From assembly GCA_963758525.1 (NCBI GenBank), contig CAVWVQ010000003.1, positions 1,920,001-1,984,000 of the forward strand: a stretch of 64,000 bases of DNA. Direction: 5' to 3'. The DNA comes from an uncultured Phycisphaerales bacterium. Its GTDB lineage: Bacteria; Planctomycetota; Phycisphaerae; Tepidisphaerales; Tepidisphaeraceae. The position numbers and the translations under genes were made by a program. Position 1 is the stretch's first letter. Every line of letters starts with the position of its first letter. The notes beneath the pieces were generated by a model. It saw nothing but the letters and a program-made list of their open reading frames with translations, was not told the DNA's origin and searched no databases. This document shows positions 1-9,086 of the stretch, in pieces.

Positions 1-1401
1 GTCCGCGGCGCCGAGGATCATTCCCCCTTGCTGGACAAACGTGCGCAGCTTGTCGACCTCCTCCGCGCTGAATGTCAGCGCCTGGTTGCCGCTGATGTAC
101 AGGATCGGAGCGTCGTGCAATTGCTCGGCGCGACGCCGAGATTCACTATCTGCCAGTTCAGCGTGGTTTCTATGCGCGGCCCGACCCAGTGTGTCAGGTT
201 CGCCACGTCACGAGGGCGCTCGTTCCAGGGGTCGATCTCTTCGGGCTTTTCCTTGTCGGCCGCCTTTTTCAATGTGACGGCATATTGCAGCTTGTTTATC
301 ATCACCGGGGCGCGCCCCCGGCTCAGGAACAACATCGCGAGGCTGGTGTCGGCCACCGGTCCGTAGGCGCCTCCCCATTCGCCAGTTTTCTTCTGCTGCT
401 GCACGGCGTTGTCGGCGCCGATGCGAAACCAGTCGACCGTCCCGAAATACGCGCCGCCCGCTTGCGGTGGCGATCCGCTCCACCCCGTACATTCCATAAT
501 AGTTCGTGCCGCCCAACAGCTCGTCGATGTGCTTCTCGACGAAAATGAGGCCGTTCTCAATATTGATGTCCGGCGCTCCGCCCAAGCATGGGTCCCATTT
601 TTTCAGCCGCAGCAGATAATCCTGCGTGATAAACAGGGATGCAACGCCGGCGCAAGTCATCGTCGGCGTCGCGGTGACGGAGTCGGTGGCGGTCGATCGA
701 TAGTTCCAACCGCCGTCATGCTGCTGCGCGCGCCGCCACCCCTTGTCGACAACGTCCCAGTATTTCTCCGGGATGTCGGCGCCTGCCTGCTCGGCCGCCC
801 AGACGCCCAGCACGCCGTACTGACTGTTGCTCCGGTCGTATGAGTAACTGCTGGCCGGTCCCCCCTCGCCAAACGCCACGACGGGCGGCTTCTGCCCCGG
901 CACGCCGTAGTTGTACCCATAGAAGCCCGCATTGGCCCCCTTCTGGATCACGCTGTTGAGGAGGAACTGCGCATCCGCGTCCCTGGCCGCGTTGCGTGAT
1001 GGAGATTCGCCAATCAGCAGCCACACCTGCGCCCGCAGCGCCACCGCATAGGTGCCGTGAAGATCCGCCTTGGTCAACCATTTCACCGCATTCTGGAGCG
1101 GCAGATTGTCTTTGGTCTTCTCCCCGGCGGCGAGCAGCGCGTAGGTCGCGATCGCGGTATGCCCGCCATAGCGGGACGTAGCGCTGAAACCTCCGTTGGA
1201 ATTCAGTCCTGCCGGATCGGGCGGTTCGGTTTCCCAGCTGCCGTCCTTCTTTTGGACCGAGTAGAGGTACTTCACACCCTTGGCAACAGCATCGTTAATC
1301 TGCTGCGGCGTTGCCGCGCGTGCCGGCGGCAGACTTGAAGCCGCGAATGCCAGCAACGCTATCAAGACTCGAATGACCCAAGGTCGAAAGTCCAGCTGCA
1401 T
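1..1401 (-). CDS. Secreted prenyltransferase/squalene-oxidase-repeat protein with probable C-terminal DUF4159-like domain; frameshift near 455, runs off window edge
   Basis: ORF 208..1401: signal peptide, 'GVKYLYSVQKKDGSW', 'YDRSNSQYGVLGVW', 'QQHDGGWNY'. Continues in the 75..560 frame ('YFGTVDWFRIGAD...TSLAMLFLSRGRAPVMINKLQY...WNERPRDVANLTHW'). Confidence 0.7.
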
Positions 1402-1611
1402 TGACCTTCTCTCCGCTCCCCCCTGCCCAAACCGTTTCCCTCGTTACTGGTATTTTACGCAAATATTCCCAAAATTACATTTCCGTTGCATGTGCGCGCC
1501 AGGCGATTCGTCAGTGCACCTGCGTTTTCTCAACGCGTTAGCGGTTACGCTCTCCTGAATGCCACCAATTCCCAAGGTCGCCGACAAGTTTGGAACAGAT
1601 CGCGGGCCCGA

Positions 1612-1932
1612 TCAGCGATAAACAAACCGCCGGTTCAGTTTCTCCCGTCGCCTGGCACAGCCGCAATCCGGGACTGACTCGCTGATACGCTGCCAGGCCG
1701 TCTGCTGGCGATAGAGTTCAACCAGGCGGCGAACTCCCGATCGGTGCAGCATCCATGCAACGGAATCGCCAAACCCACGCTGAGCAAAACGCTCCTCGGG
1801 ACATGCGTGCGCCTGCGCATGCTCGATGATGTCGCGCCCGTCCTTCAGGCAGACGCAACCTCCCATGCAATCAGTCTGACGAAACGGGCACGCGTGACAG
1901 ATCATGATGTTATGCGCAAAGATTCTCGACAT
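1612..1932 (-). CDS. Small Cys-rich phage-type protein (CxxC...GxGD...CGCxxRRExLN)
   Basis: 'CHACP', 'RGFGDSVAWML', 'DCGCARRREKLN'; last gene of the cluster. Confidence 0.65.
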   Translation of the reverse strand: MSRIFAHNIMICHACPFRQTDCMGGCVCLKDGRDIIEHAQAHACPEERFAQRGFGDSVAWMLHRSGVRRLVELYRQQTAWQRISESVPDCGCARRREKLNRRFVYR

Positions 1933-1994
1933 GATTCAGCCGTATCGCGGCCGCCCGAAGGGCCGCGTTTCCCCTGCACGAGTAAACCCGCAAT

Positions 1995-2468
1995 TCACGC
2001 ACTCAGCACGACTGATGCTCCCGTCCCCCCCGAGCACGGATTCGCGCAGATCGAATAACTCCCCGCCGGCGGGCAGATCGCGTTCGAAATCACCTCAGCC
2101 CAGACGAAGGTGATCGCCCCGTAAAGCTGCACGACCCAGCGCATGGCGCCGGTCGTGTTGTGGCAGTCAATGAGCGAGCAGAAGACTTGCCATCCAAAGG
2201 AACAGCCGCCCGGCAGGAACATGATGCCGGTGGTCCATTGGCAGTCCGTGCCGATCCGCGTGAGGGTGAAGGTTCCGTTAAGACCGGCAAGGCAGCATGC
2301 GGGTCCCGGCGAGCCCAGCCCGCTGACGGTCAGGTGATACGTCGCCGCGCACGGCGAGCCGCAACCGCCGGGGCAGTTCGCGGAGCCTGTCGCGCACGCG
2401 TTGACGAGATGGCCGGCGCCGTCGTGCAGGAGATGGCCACCGGCGCCGTGATGAAGATGACTGCTCAT
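1995..2468 (-). CDS. His/Cys-rich hypothetical protein, possible tail-tip component
   Basis: ATG at 2468 overlaps the upstream stop (ATGA). 'MSSHLHHGAGGHLLHDGAGHLVNAC...' with many Cys. Confidence 0.7.
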   Translation of the reverse strand: MSSHLHHGAGGHLLHDGAGHLVNACATGSANCPGGCGSPCAATYHLTVSGLGSPGPACCLAGLNGTFTLTRIGTDCQWTTGIMFLPGGCSFGWQVFCSLIDCHNTTGAMRWVVQLYGAITFVWAEVISNAICPPAGSYSICANPCSGGTGASVVLSA

Positions 2469-3421
2469 GGACAGGATTGCGTGGTATCGACGGTGATGCG
2501 TGTTTCGCCGGAGACGGCGATCAGCAAGCCGCGCGCGTCCAGCGAAAGCTCGCGGAGATAGGCATAGAGGACCGCGCCGCTGGTGTCCCAGAACGTGCGG
2601 GTCTGAATCCATAGATTGATCGGCGTGCCGCTGCCGGCCTTGCTCCAGCTTGCTGAATCAGCGGAAAGCGCGCCGCCGGTGCCGTCGCCGAGGGTGGCGG
2701 GAAAGGTCGTTTCGCCATAGCCGCCCCGCACCATCACAATCCAACGCGGGGTTGCTTCGGTCGTCATGCCGACCACACAACCCAAGGCAAACGTGTTCGT
2801 CTTGAGCCGGTGACCCGACACGGCGTCCTCTTCAACGTTGAGCACCAGCGCATTGTCCGCGGCCGGGGTCGTCATCCCGGCGGGCATGCTCAATGCCGTC
2901 GCGGGAGAAGCGGAGCTTGTGCCTCCAAGAATGCGACCGTTGTATTCTCCCGCCCCGGCTGCGGCGCCAGTGAGCTTCACGACGACGACCGGTGTCGGCG
3001 GCGTGTTGAAAACATATAGCTTCGCAGGCGGCGACGACCTCGAATAAAAGCCAACCACCTGCACCAGCGTCCCCGCCGGCAGCAAATGCGTCTTGCCGCT
3101 CACCTCCGCGAGGTTCGTCGCAACCAGGCATTGCGCGATTCCCGGAATCGTATCGGCGCCCGCGCTGAGCAATTGCGTCTGACCCATATTGCCCGGCGTG
3201 GCGCGATCGATGTAATACCGCGCGTCGCTGTAATTCGACCCGGATGTGCTACCACATGGTCCCGCCCGGATGACGCCCAAAAACTGCTCCGCAAACGCCG
3301 GCCGAGACCGTCCCTGCGCGGAATCGCCAATCGCCTCCGCGTAGACGTCCGCCAGTTGCGCCAACAGTGATCCAGATTCCTGATCCGGATCGTGAAATGT
3401 TTCGAGTTCTGAATCTCGCAT
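2465..3421 (-). CDS. Hypothetical virion-associated protein (318 aa)
   Basis: Long Ala/Gly/Thr-rich ORF, translationally coupled to the next gene, within the cluster. Confidence 0.7.
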   Translation of the reverse strand: MRDSELETFHDPDQESGSLLAQLADVYAEAIGDSAQGRSRPAFAEQFLGVIRAGPCGSTSGSNYSDARYYIDRATPGNMGQTQLLSAGADTIPGIAQCLVATNLAEVSGKTHLLPAGTLVQVVGFYSRSSPPAKLYVFNTPPTPVVVVKLTGAAAGAGEYNGRILGGTSSASPATALSMPAGMTTPAADNALVLNVEEDAVSGHRLKTNTFALGCVVGMTTEATPRWIVMVRGGYGETTFPATLGDGTGGALSADSASWSKAGSGTPINLWIQTRTFWDTSGAVLYAYLRELSLDARGLLIAVSGETRITVDTTQSCP

Positions 3422-3499
3422 CGAAATGTGCTTCCCGGGGTGCGCATGAGCACTTCGCGCACTGCAATTCGTCGCACATGAATAGCTGAATATTCGCGT

Positions 3500-3623
3500 C
3501 CCCGTGGCATGGGCTTCCAGCCCATGTCAGTTGCTTGGCGGGAGAGGAGACGTGGACAAGGCTAACGGTGATCTGTACTACTCTTAATGCACTTTACACG
3601 GGCTGGAAGCCCGTGCCACGGGG
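3500..3623. repeat. REPIN family A (GTGG-CAYGGG..CCCRTG doublet), copy 1
   Basis: GTGGCATGGGCTTCCAGCCCATG ... CACGGGCTGGAAGCCCGTGCCAC inverted doublet; spacer motif AATGCACTTTACAC shared with other copies. Confidence 0.85.
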
Positions 3624-3679
3624 AAGGTGCCGGTGGCACGGGCTTGCGTTTCGTGGGCAGCGTTCGCCCGGGGTGCCTC

Positions 3680-3720
3680 CAATTTTGCAATTTGCAATCC
3701 TCGTTTTGCAATTTGCAACT
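3680..3720. repeat. Short tandem heptamer-like repeats (ATTTGCA)n
   Basis: aattttgcaatttgcaatcctcgttttgcaatttgcaact. Confidence 0.6.
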
Positions 3721-3728
3721 CTGCCCCT

Positions 3729-4517
3729 CTACAACGCGCTCGGCAATCCCAGCTGCGCAAAGTCCCGCGTCGCGTAGGGAAGAATCTTCGCAACTCCCTT
3801 GTCGTTGTTCGGGCTGACCTGCACGTCGTCGGGAATCTTCCCCGAATAGCGATCGACGAAATATTCCAGCCGCGTCCAGCCGTCCGGGTCGTACTCGAAG
3901 ACATCGCGCACTTCGTATCGCGACAGATTCGCCTGGCTCTTTCCGTCGATCGATCGGCAAAGCCATGTTTTCGCCGCGCCTCCCTGCCATGCGGTCGCAT
4001 TCACGCACCGCCGGAACTTGGTGGACAGCCGCAACGGACTGGTCGGCTCGAGCCGAGTGAACTGCAGCACCGTGTTCGGCGACAAGACCGGCACCTGCAG
4101 CCGATCCTGCAGCACGTTGCCAGCCGGGTCGGTGTATTTCACCAGCATCGGAGTGCCGTCCGGATTCAGGCTCGTCAGCTTCCGCGCCGTTGACCCCGTC
4201 ACCGTGATCTGCACCGCGTTCGGCACCGGCCCCAATTCCGGCGAGCCGTAGCGCACCGTCACTCGCGCGGCAGTTCGGGAATTCTGAATCGGCTCCGCTT
4301 CCAGCGCGATCACATACAGCCCGTACACCGCAGGATGCGCGTCGCCATAGCGCGGAATCCGCGCGCCGCTGGTCCCGTCCGCCGCCGTGGCGGCTTGCGC
4401 CAGCGTATCTTTCCCCGGCAACAGACCGGAAACGTCGAACACGCGAATGAGCAGTCCGCCCTGCCGCGTGTAGAGGAACTTTGCGCCCAGAACGAGATCT
4501 TCGGTGATTTGTACCAT
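3729..4517 (-). CDS. Hypothetical protein, probable distal tail/tail-tip protein (262 aa)
   Basis: Start MVQITEDL at 4517; 'IPRYGDAHP' motif; lies downstream of the tail terminator. The function is inferred from position. Confidence 0.65.
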   Translation of the reverse strand: MVQITEDLVLGAKFLYTRQGGLLIRVFDVSGLLPGKDTLAQAATAADGTSGARIPRYGDAHPAVYGLYVIALEAEPIQNSRTAARVTVRYGSPELGPVPNAVQITVTGSTARKLTSLNPDGTPMLVKYTDPAGNVLQDRLQVPVLSPNTVLQFTRLEPTSPLRLSTKFRRCVNATAWQGGAAKTWLCRSIDGKSQANLSRYEVRDVFEYDPDGWTRLEYFVDRYSGKIPDDVQVSPNNDKGVAKILPYATRDFAQLGLPSAL

Positions 4518-4623
4518 CGGGTTTCCAACCCGTGCGGATGGCACGGGAGCAGTGAACTCTTAGTCAGCAGACATCGGTTTCCGCTATTTGGCGGATCTCG
4601 CACGGGTTAGAAATCCGTGTCAC
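4511..4623. repeat. REPIN family B (GTAC-CACGGGTT..AACCCGTG doublet)
   Basis: gtaccatcgggtttccaacccgtg ... cacgggttagaaatccgtgtcac; same family as 6763 and 10417. Confidence 0.75.
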
Positions 4624-4633
4624 GAGCGACGAG

Positions 4634-5035
4634 CTACGAGACGCTGTACGTATATGTGACCGACCATTCCCACACATCGTTGCCGGCGGCATCGTGTCGA
4701 TGCAGCAACGGCGTCGGCTCCCCGCACCGCGTGACGCTGTCATTGGTTCCGCTGGACAGCGTCAGCAGCGCGTCGTCAAAACTCCCCAGCAGCGTCTGCA
4801 TGTCGCTCCCGATGGCGTCGTGACCGATGCCGTAGGCGCTGAACCGAAGCTCGGTGTCGGTTCGGTATGGTCCGCCATACGCGTAAGAGACCTTGGATGC
4901 GACGATACGCGAGACGACGTATGGCATCGTGGTACCTTCGGGCGCGCGATCGCGGTACAGGCCGCCGGGGAATGCCGCGACCAGCGCAGCGTCGGCAATA
5001 AATTTCGCATAGATGGCATTGAGGAGGGGAAGCAT
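4634..5035 (-). CDS. Tail completion/terminator protein (gp17/DUF3168-like)
   Basis: 133 aa, 'LLNAIYAKFIADAALVAAFPGGLYRDRAPEGTTMPYVV'; size, motif and position fit. Confidence 0.7.
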   Translation of the reverse strand: MLPLLNAIYAKFIADAALVAAFPGGLYRDRAPEGTTMPYVVSRIVASKVSYAYGGPYRTDTELRFSAYGIGHDAIGSDMQTLLGSFDDALLTLSSGTNDSVTRCGEPTPLLHRHDAAGNDVWEWSVTYTYSVS

Positions 5036-5051
5036 TTTAATCAGCAGGGGC

Positions 5052-5156
5052 CGGTTCAGTGTTCAGTGTTCAGGGTTCAGGGTTCAGTGAAGACGGGGAA
5101 TCTGACCGGGTCAGTATTCATTGCATTCACCTGAACCCTGACACCCTGAACCCTCA
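5052..5156. repeat. Inverted pair of heptamer tandem arrays (GGGTTCA)n...(TGAACCC)n
   Basis: gttcagtgttcagtgttcagggttcagggttcag ... ctgaaccctgacaccctgaaccct; same unit at 63367-63501. Confidence 0.8.
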
Positions 5157-5164
5157 CTTGAATT

Positions 5165-6082
5165 CTAAGAAGCGGTCAGCGTCCCGGCGTTCACCAGGTT
5201 GTGCGTCCCAATCGTTAACTGTCCCGGATCAGCCGGGTCGAACGCGAGCACCCCGCCGGCGTGATGATTGACTGTCGTGACGATCACCCCCAGCGGATTC
5301 TGCGAAAAGTCGGCGGTTCCCGTTGGGAAAATGTTGAGCGTCGTGATCGCGGCTCCGGAGCTGGGCCGATGACTCAACGTGATGGCGCCGCCCGCATTGA
5401 TCGTGGCAATTGCCGACGATCCGCGTGTCACCGCGGTCGAACCGCTCGACACCGACAACGACCCGGAGCTGCCGCTGGCAGTTGAAAGCGTCGCGCCCGC
5501 GGCAACGGTGGCCGTCGTCCACGCGACGCCCGCACCCAAATCCACAACCGCGCTCGATCCGCTCGCATCGACCTCGCTGATCGTCGCAGTTTCCCCCGGT
5601 AGATTCGTCGCCACGCCAACGCGTCCGCCGAGCACGATCAGCCGGTTCGACGCATTGCTGCCCTTGATCCGCAACGGCTCAAGCCCGCTGTCGATGGAAG
5701 TTCCAACGTTCAATACCGTCCCGACGAACACCGCCGCGCCGAAGTCAATCTTGATGCGTCCCGAGCCGCCGGCGGTCGAGCCATCAGACGATGGCGTACC
5801 GATCGTCCAGGTTGCGGTGCCGATTTTCCAGTAACCAAACGTGCCGGTCGTACCCGTGGTGCCGATCGTTCCAGCGAAGGTCTGGCTGATCGTCATACTG
5901 TTCAGCGTCACCGCCGACATATCAACGGCGCCGATTGACGCCAGCGAAAGTCCGGCGATGGCCTGGACATAGACATCGTCGCCATTGCCCGGCGCTGTTC
6001 CCGTCGTTCCATCCGACTTCGTCCAATTCGCGCCCACCGTCGGATCGGTGGAGGAGATGCTTGACCAGAAAAATGCGGACAT
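5165..6082 (-). CDS. Gly/Ser/Thr-rich beta-strand protein, probable virion appendage (305 aa)
   Basis: GGAG RBS; 'NWTKSDGTTGTAPGNGDDVY' followed by repetitive beta-solenoid-like sequence; no signal peptide. Confidence 0.7.
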   Translation of the reverse strand: MSAFFWSSISSTDPTVGANWTKSDGTTGTAPGNGDDVYVQAIAGLSLASIGAVDMSAVTLNSMTISQTFAGTIGTTGTTGTFGYWKIGTATWTIGTPSSDGSTAGGSGRIKIDFGAAVFVGTVLNVGTSIDSGLEPLRIKGSNASNRLIVLGGRVGVATNLPGETATISEVDASGSSAVVDLGAGVAWTTATVAAGATLSTASGSSGSLSVSSGSTAVTRGSSAIATINAGGAITLSHRPSSGAAITTLNIFPTGTADFSQNPLGVIVTTVNHHAGGVLAFDPADPGQLTIGTHNLVNAGTLTAS

Positions 6083-6109
6083 AGGAGTTCTCGTTGGTTA
6101 GAAGGGAAA

Positions 6110-6265
6110 GCGTAAGAAAGGCACGAAGGCACGTAGGCACGAAGGCACGAAGGGAATGACGCGGCTGAGGCCGCGAGTCTCTCCAATTGCTTGTCTAACA
6201 AAGCGCAACACTGTCGCCGTAGCGACTCCTCCCCTTCGTGCCTCCGTGCCTTCGTGCCTTCCCCT
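6110..6265. repeat. Inverted octamer arrays (GGCACGAA)n...(TTCGTGCC)n
   Basis: ggcacgaaggcacgtaggcacgaaggcacgaa and cttcgtgcctccgtgccttcgtgcctt. Confidence 0.75.
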
Positions 6266-6619
6266 TCAATCAATCAATTCACAATCCAACTGATACAACG
6301 CCTCAGCACTGACAATACTGTTGGCAGATTTCTTGACCGCCTTGACGAGATAGACCCTGGTGCCGTCCGTCAATCGATCCCCCAGCTTTGCTCCACCGGC
6401 AACGAGCGTATCGAGATCGGAGTTGGTGAAAACGTGATAGGTGACAATCACATCGCGTCGCGCGTAGTCGGAGACAACCGACGCGCCCGCGGGAGAGACT
6501 GCACACGCGACATTCGCGAGGACCGTCGCAAACGTCCGAACGGCCGCTCCGCTGCCGTCCCGCGAAATCGTCTGCCGTTGCAATGAGAGAGATTGATCGA
6601 GTAACACGCTCATCGACAT
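6266..6619 (-). CDS. Phage head-closure / head-tail adaptor protein
   Basis: 117 aa, 'LQRQTISRDGSGAAVRTFATV', 'GDRLTDGTRVYLVKAV'; follows the connector gene. Confidence 0.7.
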   Translation of the reverse strand: MSMSVLLDQSLSLQRQTISRDGSGAAVRTFATVLANVACAVSPAGASVVSDYARRDVIVTYHVFTNSDLDTLVAGGAKLGDRLTDGTRVYLVKAVKKSANSIVSAEALYQLDCELID

Positions 6620-6654
6620 TCAATTCCAATCGTTTGGTACTACAGTTTTGTTTC

Positions 6655-6734
6655 GTACGGTGGGTGTACTCGCCCACCGTTTTGGACAGCGACAATTGCG
6701 AGAACAACTCGGTGGGCGAGCACACCCACCCTGC
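6655..6734. repeat. REP doublet (GTACGGTGGGTGTACTCGCCCACC ... GGTGGGCGAGCACACCCACCCTGC)
   Basis: Inverted pair of imperfect palindromes with GTAG-like ends. Confidence 0.7.
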
Positions 6735-6762
6735 AGGATCAGCTACTTCCCCCGGCAATTCG

Positions 6763-6785
6763 CACGGGTTGGAAACCCGTGTTAC
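6763..6785. repeat. REP family B single copy overlapping the connector stop codon
   Basis: cacgggttggaaacccgtgttac, identical to 10515-10537. Confidence 0.8.
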
Positions 6786-7714
6786 CAGTTGATCATCTTG
6801 CTGTGATCGATGTATGGGGCGGTCAGGGCCTGCACTTTTCCGGACATCTGCGAACTGGCGGTTTCCGTCTTGAGTTCGACGCTGCTGGCGCCCAGCGTCG
6901 CTTTCTTCAGCGTGTTGTTCACAAGGCTGGCCTGATACAGATCCTGCACGAGTTGCACCGTCGCCTCCTGGATCGGCTGCGGCACGGTCGTGAAGCCGGC
7001 GGTGTAATCGATACGGATGTTCAGTTGCCCGCGCGGGAAGATGCCGAACAATTCGCCGGTCTCATCGTCGAGCCGCCAGCCGGCGGATCCCCAGGAGCTT
7101 CCCTCGTCGCCCGCGTCGCCGGGCCAGGCATTCACCGGCTGAAGAGCTTCACTGTACACCTCGAGGCACGCCCCGCCGCCCAGCACACTTGCCGCTCCCT
7201 GCGATGGCTTGAAATCCGCTGACGGCCATTTGGAGAAATCCCCGGTAATCCCCTGCGGCTGAACCGCCGCCGACCAACCGGCTCCCAGCGCATTGATTGC
7301 CGCTGCCAATGCTCCGATCGTCACGTACGTTGCGTATGCGAGACTGACGCTGCTCGCGACCCCTGAGGCAACGCGCAGGAGCGTCAGACCGCTGTTTGTC
7401 GTTTCCACCGTCGCCCGCTGGTTGGTGGCGCTGTCGCCATTCCAGACACGCAGGGCCGGCTGCGGATGTCCCGCCACCCGCGTCACCTCCAGCACCGGAA
7501 ACTGCCGCAGACGGATCGGCGCATTGCGATAGACGCCGCCCGAGTAATACTCCGAGTAAGAGTTCTGCACGAAATCGCGATTGCACCGTCGCCGGATGGT
7601 GTCGCTCGCCGCCGTGATCAGCGACGCCAGGTAATCCGGCGAACTCGCCTGCAACGCGGCGAGAGCCGTGTTCTGCACCGCGCGATCGGTAGTGATCAGA
7701 TCGGGAAGGGACAT
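6782..7714 (-). CDS. Phage head-tail connector protein (gp6/gp15-like, with insertion)
   Basis: N-terminal 'LITAASDTIRRRCNRDF', 'LRQFPVLEV'; C-terminal 'FPRGQLNIRIDYTAGFTTVPQPIQEATVQLV'. Confidence 0.8.
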   Translation of the reverse strand: MSLPDLITTDRAVQNTALAALQASSPDYLASLITAASDTIRRRCNRDFVQNSYSEYYSGGVYRNAPIRLRQFPVLEVTRVAGHPQPALRVWNGDSATNQRATVETTNSGLTLLRVASGVASSVSLAYATYVTIGALAAAINALGAGWSAAVQPQGITGDFSKWPSADFKPSQGAASVLGGGACLEVYSEALQPVNAWPGDAGDEGSSWGSAGWRLDDETGELFGIFPRGQLNIRIDYTAGFTTVPQPIQEATVQLVQDLYQASLVNNTLKKATLGASSVELKTETASSQMSGKVQALTAPYIDHSKMINW

Positions 7715-7904
7715 TTAGTTTTCTCCAGGCAGACTGTGCGTGTCGACGGCATGCTCACGCCCGAAGCTTTTGAGCGTTAAAGCAAAGTTCAGTCTTCCGT
7801 TTTCAGTGTTCAGTCTTCAGTTGACGAAGCCGGACAAGTGACGGCTGGTGGGGCATCTGCCCATCTTGCAAATTGGTGATAGGAAATCCTCGACCGTCTC
7901 AAGG

Positions 7905-7910
7905 TATAAT
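7905..7910 (+). promoter_or_regulatory. Putative -10 box (TATAAT) of a leaderless promoter
   Basis: Perfect TATAAT 6 nt before GTG at 7917; no SD and no clear -35. Confidence 0.45.
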
Positions 7911-7916
7911 AAGTGT

Positions 7917-8264
7917 GTGCGTTACCTCGCTCTTGCGATTCTTCTTGCGTTCTCGATCGGGCTGTGTTTTCTGTGCCTGTTGCTCGGCGGACTGTCGTTG
8001 ATCGACTTGAGCCCCGACGGACCGTCCAGTTCCCCGTCAGCCGCTTTCCTGTTTTTTGCGGCAGCCGGCTTCTTCTTCCTGTTCACCATCGCGATGCGGT
8101 TCTTCGCACGGCCCCGACCGACGCCCTATGGAACTTGCAGGCATTGCGGCTACGACCTCCGCGCTACCCCCAATCGCTGTCCCGAATGCGGCACCATGAC
8201 CCCGAAGGTAATCGCGAACGGCCGACGGAGTGGAACTGCCACGGCGGGATATGATCGCATTTAA
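7917..8264 (+). CDS. Two-TM membrane protein with C-terminal Zn ribbon (CxxCGYDLRATPxRCPECG)
   Basis: Two hydrophobic helices then 'CRHCGYDLRATPNRCPECG'; GTG start at 7917 inferred. Confidence 0.8.
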   Translation: MRYLALAILLAFSIGLCFLCLLLGGLSLIDLSPDGPSSSPSAAFLFFAAAGFFFLFTIAMRFFARPRPTPYGTCRHCGYDLRATPNRCPECGTMTPKVIANGRRSGTATAGYDRI

Positions 8265-8286
8265 CGAGGATCAGTGATCCTCCCCG

Positions 8287-8429
8287 GAAATCGTGATTGC
8301 GCCGCCGGCGGATCATGTCGCTGGCGCCGTAATCGGCGACGCCAGATAGTCCGGTGAGTCGCTTTATAGCGCCGCCACTGCCGAAGTTTGCACCGCGCGA
8401 TCGGTGGTAATGAGATCAGGAAGTGACAT
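8287..8429 (-). pseudogene. Diverged relic of the 5' ~48 codons of the head-tail connector gene
   Basis: Translates MSLPDLITTDRAVQTSAVAAL*SDSPDYLASPITA/SDMIRRRRNHDF versus intact MSLPDLITTDRAVQNTALAALQASSPDYLASLITAASDTIRRRCNRDF; GGAG RBS retained. Confidence 0.9.
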
Positions 8430-8451
8430 AAGCAAAGCTCCTGCACCGCGT

Positions 8452-8574
8452 CCCCGTGGCACGGGCATCTTGCCCGTGCGGGCGACACGGTGGGAGAAAA
8501 CGCGTGGTATTTTTTATGATTCAGATCTTTTTACGACTGATGCACTTTTACACGGGCAGGATGCCCGTGCCACG
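8452..8574. repeat. REPIN family A, copy 2
   Basis: GTGGCACGGGCATCTTGCCCGTG ... CACGGGCAGGATGCCCGTGCCAC. Confidence 0.9.
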
Positions 8575-8759
8575 ATGAATGGTCTATGATCAGGTCGCTG
8601 GCGGCGTATGCGTGATCGCCTACCACGCCGCCCAAACATCGCAACCGCCGATCCAGTGAAGCTTCTCCCGTTCAATAGTCTCGCGACATTGTCACTCGGA
8701 CTTTGCGTCTTGAGGGGACTTGTCTGGATTTCGAGTCACACGCGGCAGAAAGGGAACCG

Positions 8760-9086
8760 GTGAAACGCAGCCTCTTCAACCTGATGCGTGGACCACGAAA
8801 CGTTCGATTCGTGGTGATTCTACTGTTGCCTGCACTTCTATTATGGGGCTGGGCGGCGCTGGATGACACGGCGCTCCGGTCTGAACGTCATGAGCACGTT
8901 ATTCGGCCGCTGGGGAGGGCATTGGCGGCAGGCTACACCCTGTTCTTTCTGATTGCGGCCGTCGTGAGCGTCCTATCCAAGCGACGGCCGAGAGCTGGGG
9001 TATGCCCCGTCTGCCGCTACGACCTCCGCGCGAGTCCCGGCCGCTGCCCAGAATGCGGGACGCAGCGCCAGAGCGCGACTCGATGA
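8760..9086 (+). CDS. Two-TM membrane protein with C-terminal Zn ribbon
   Basis: AAGGGA RBS, GTG start 'KRSLFNL', ends '[19 protein letters not shown]'. Confidence 0.8.
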   Translation: MKRSLFNLMRGPRNVRFVVILLLPALLLWGWAALDDTALRSERHEHVIRPLGRALAAGYTLFFLIAAVVSVLSKRRPRAGVCPVCRYDLRASPGRCPECGTQRQSATR

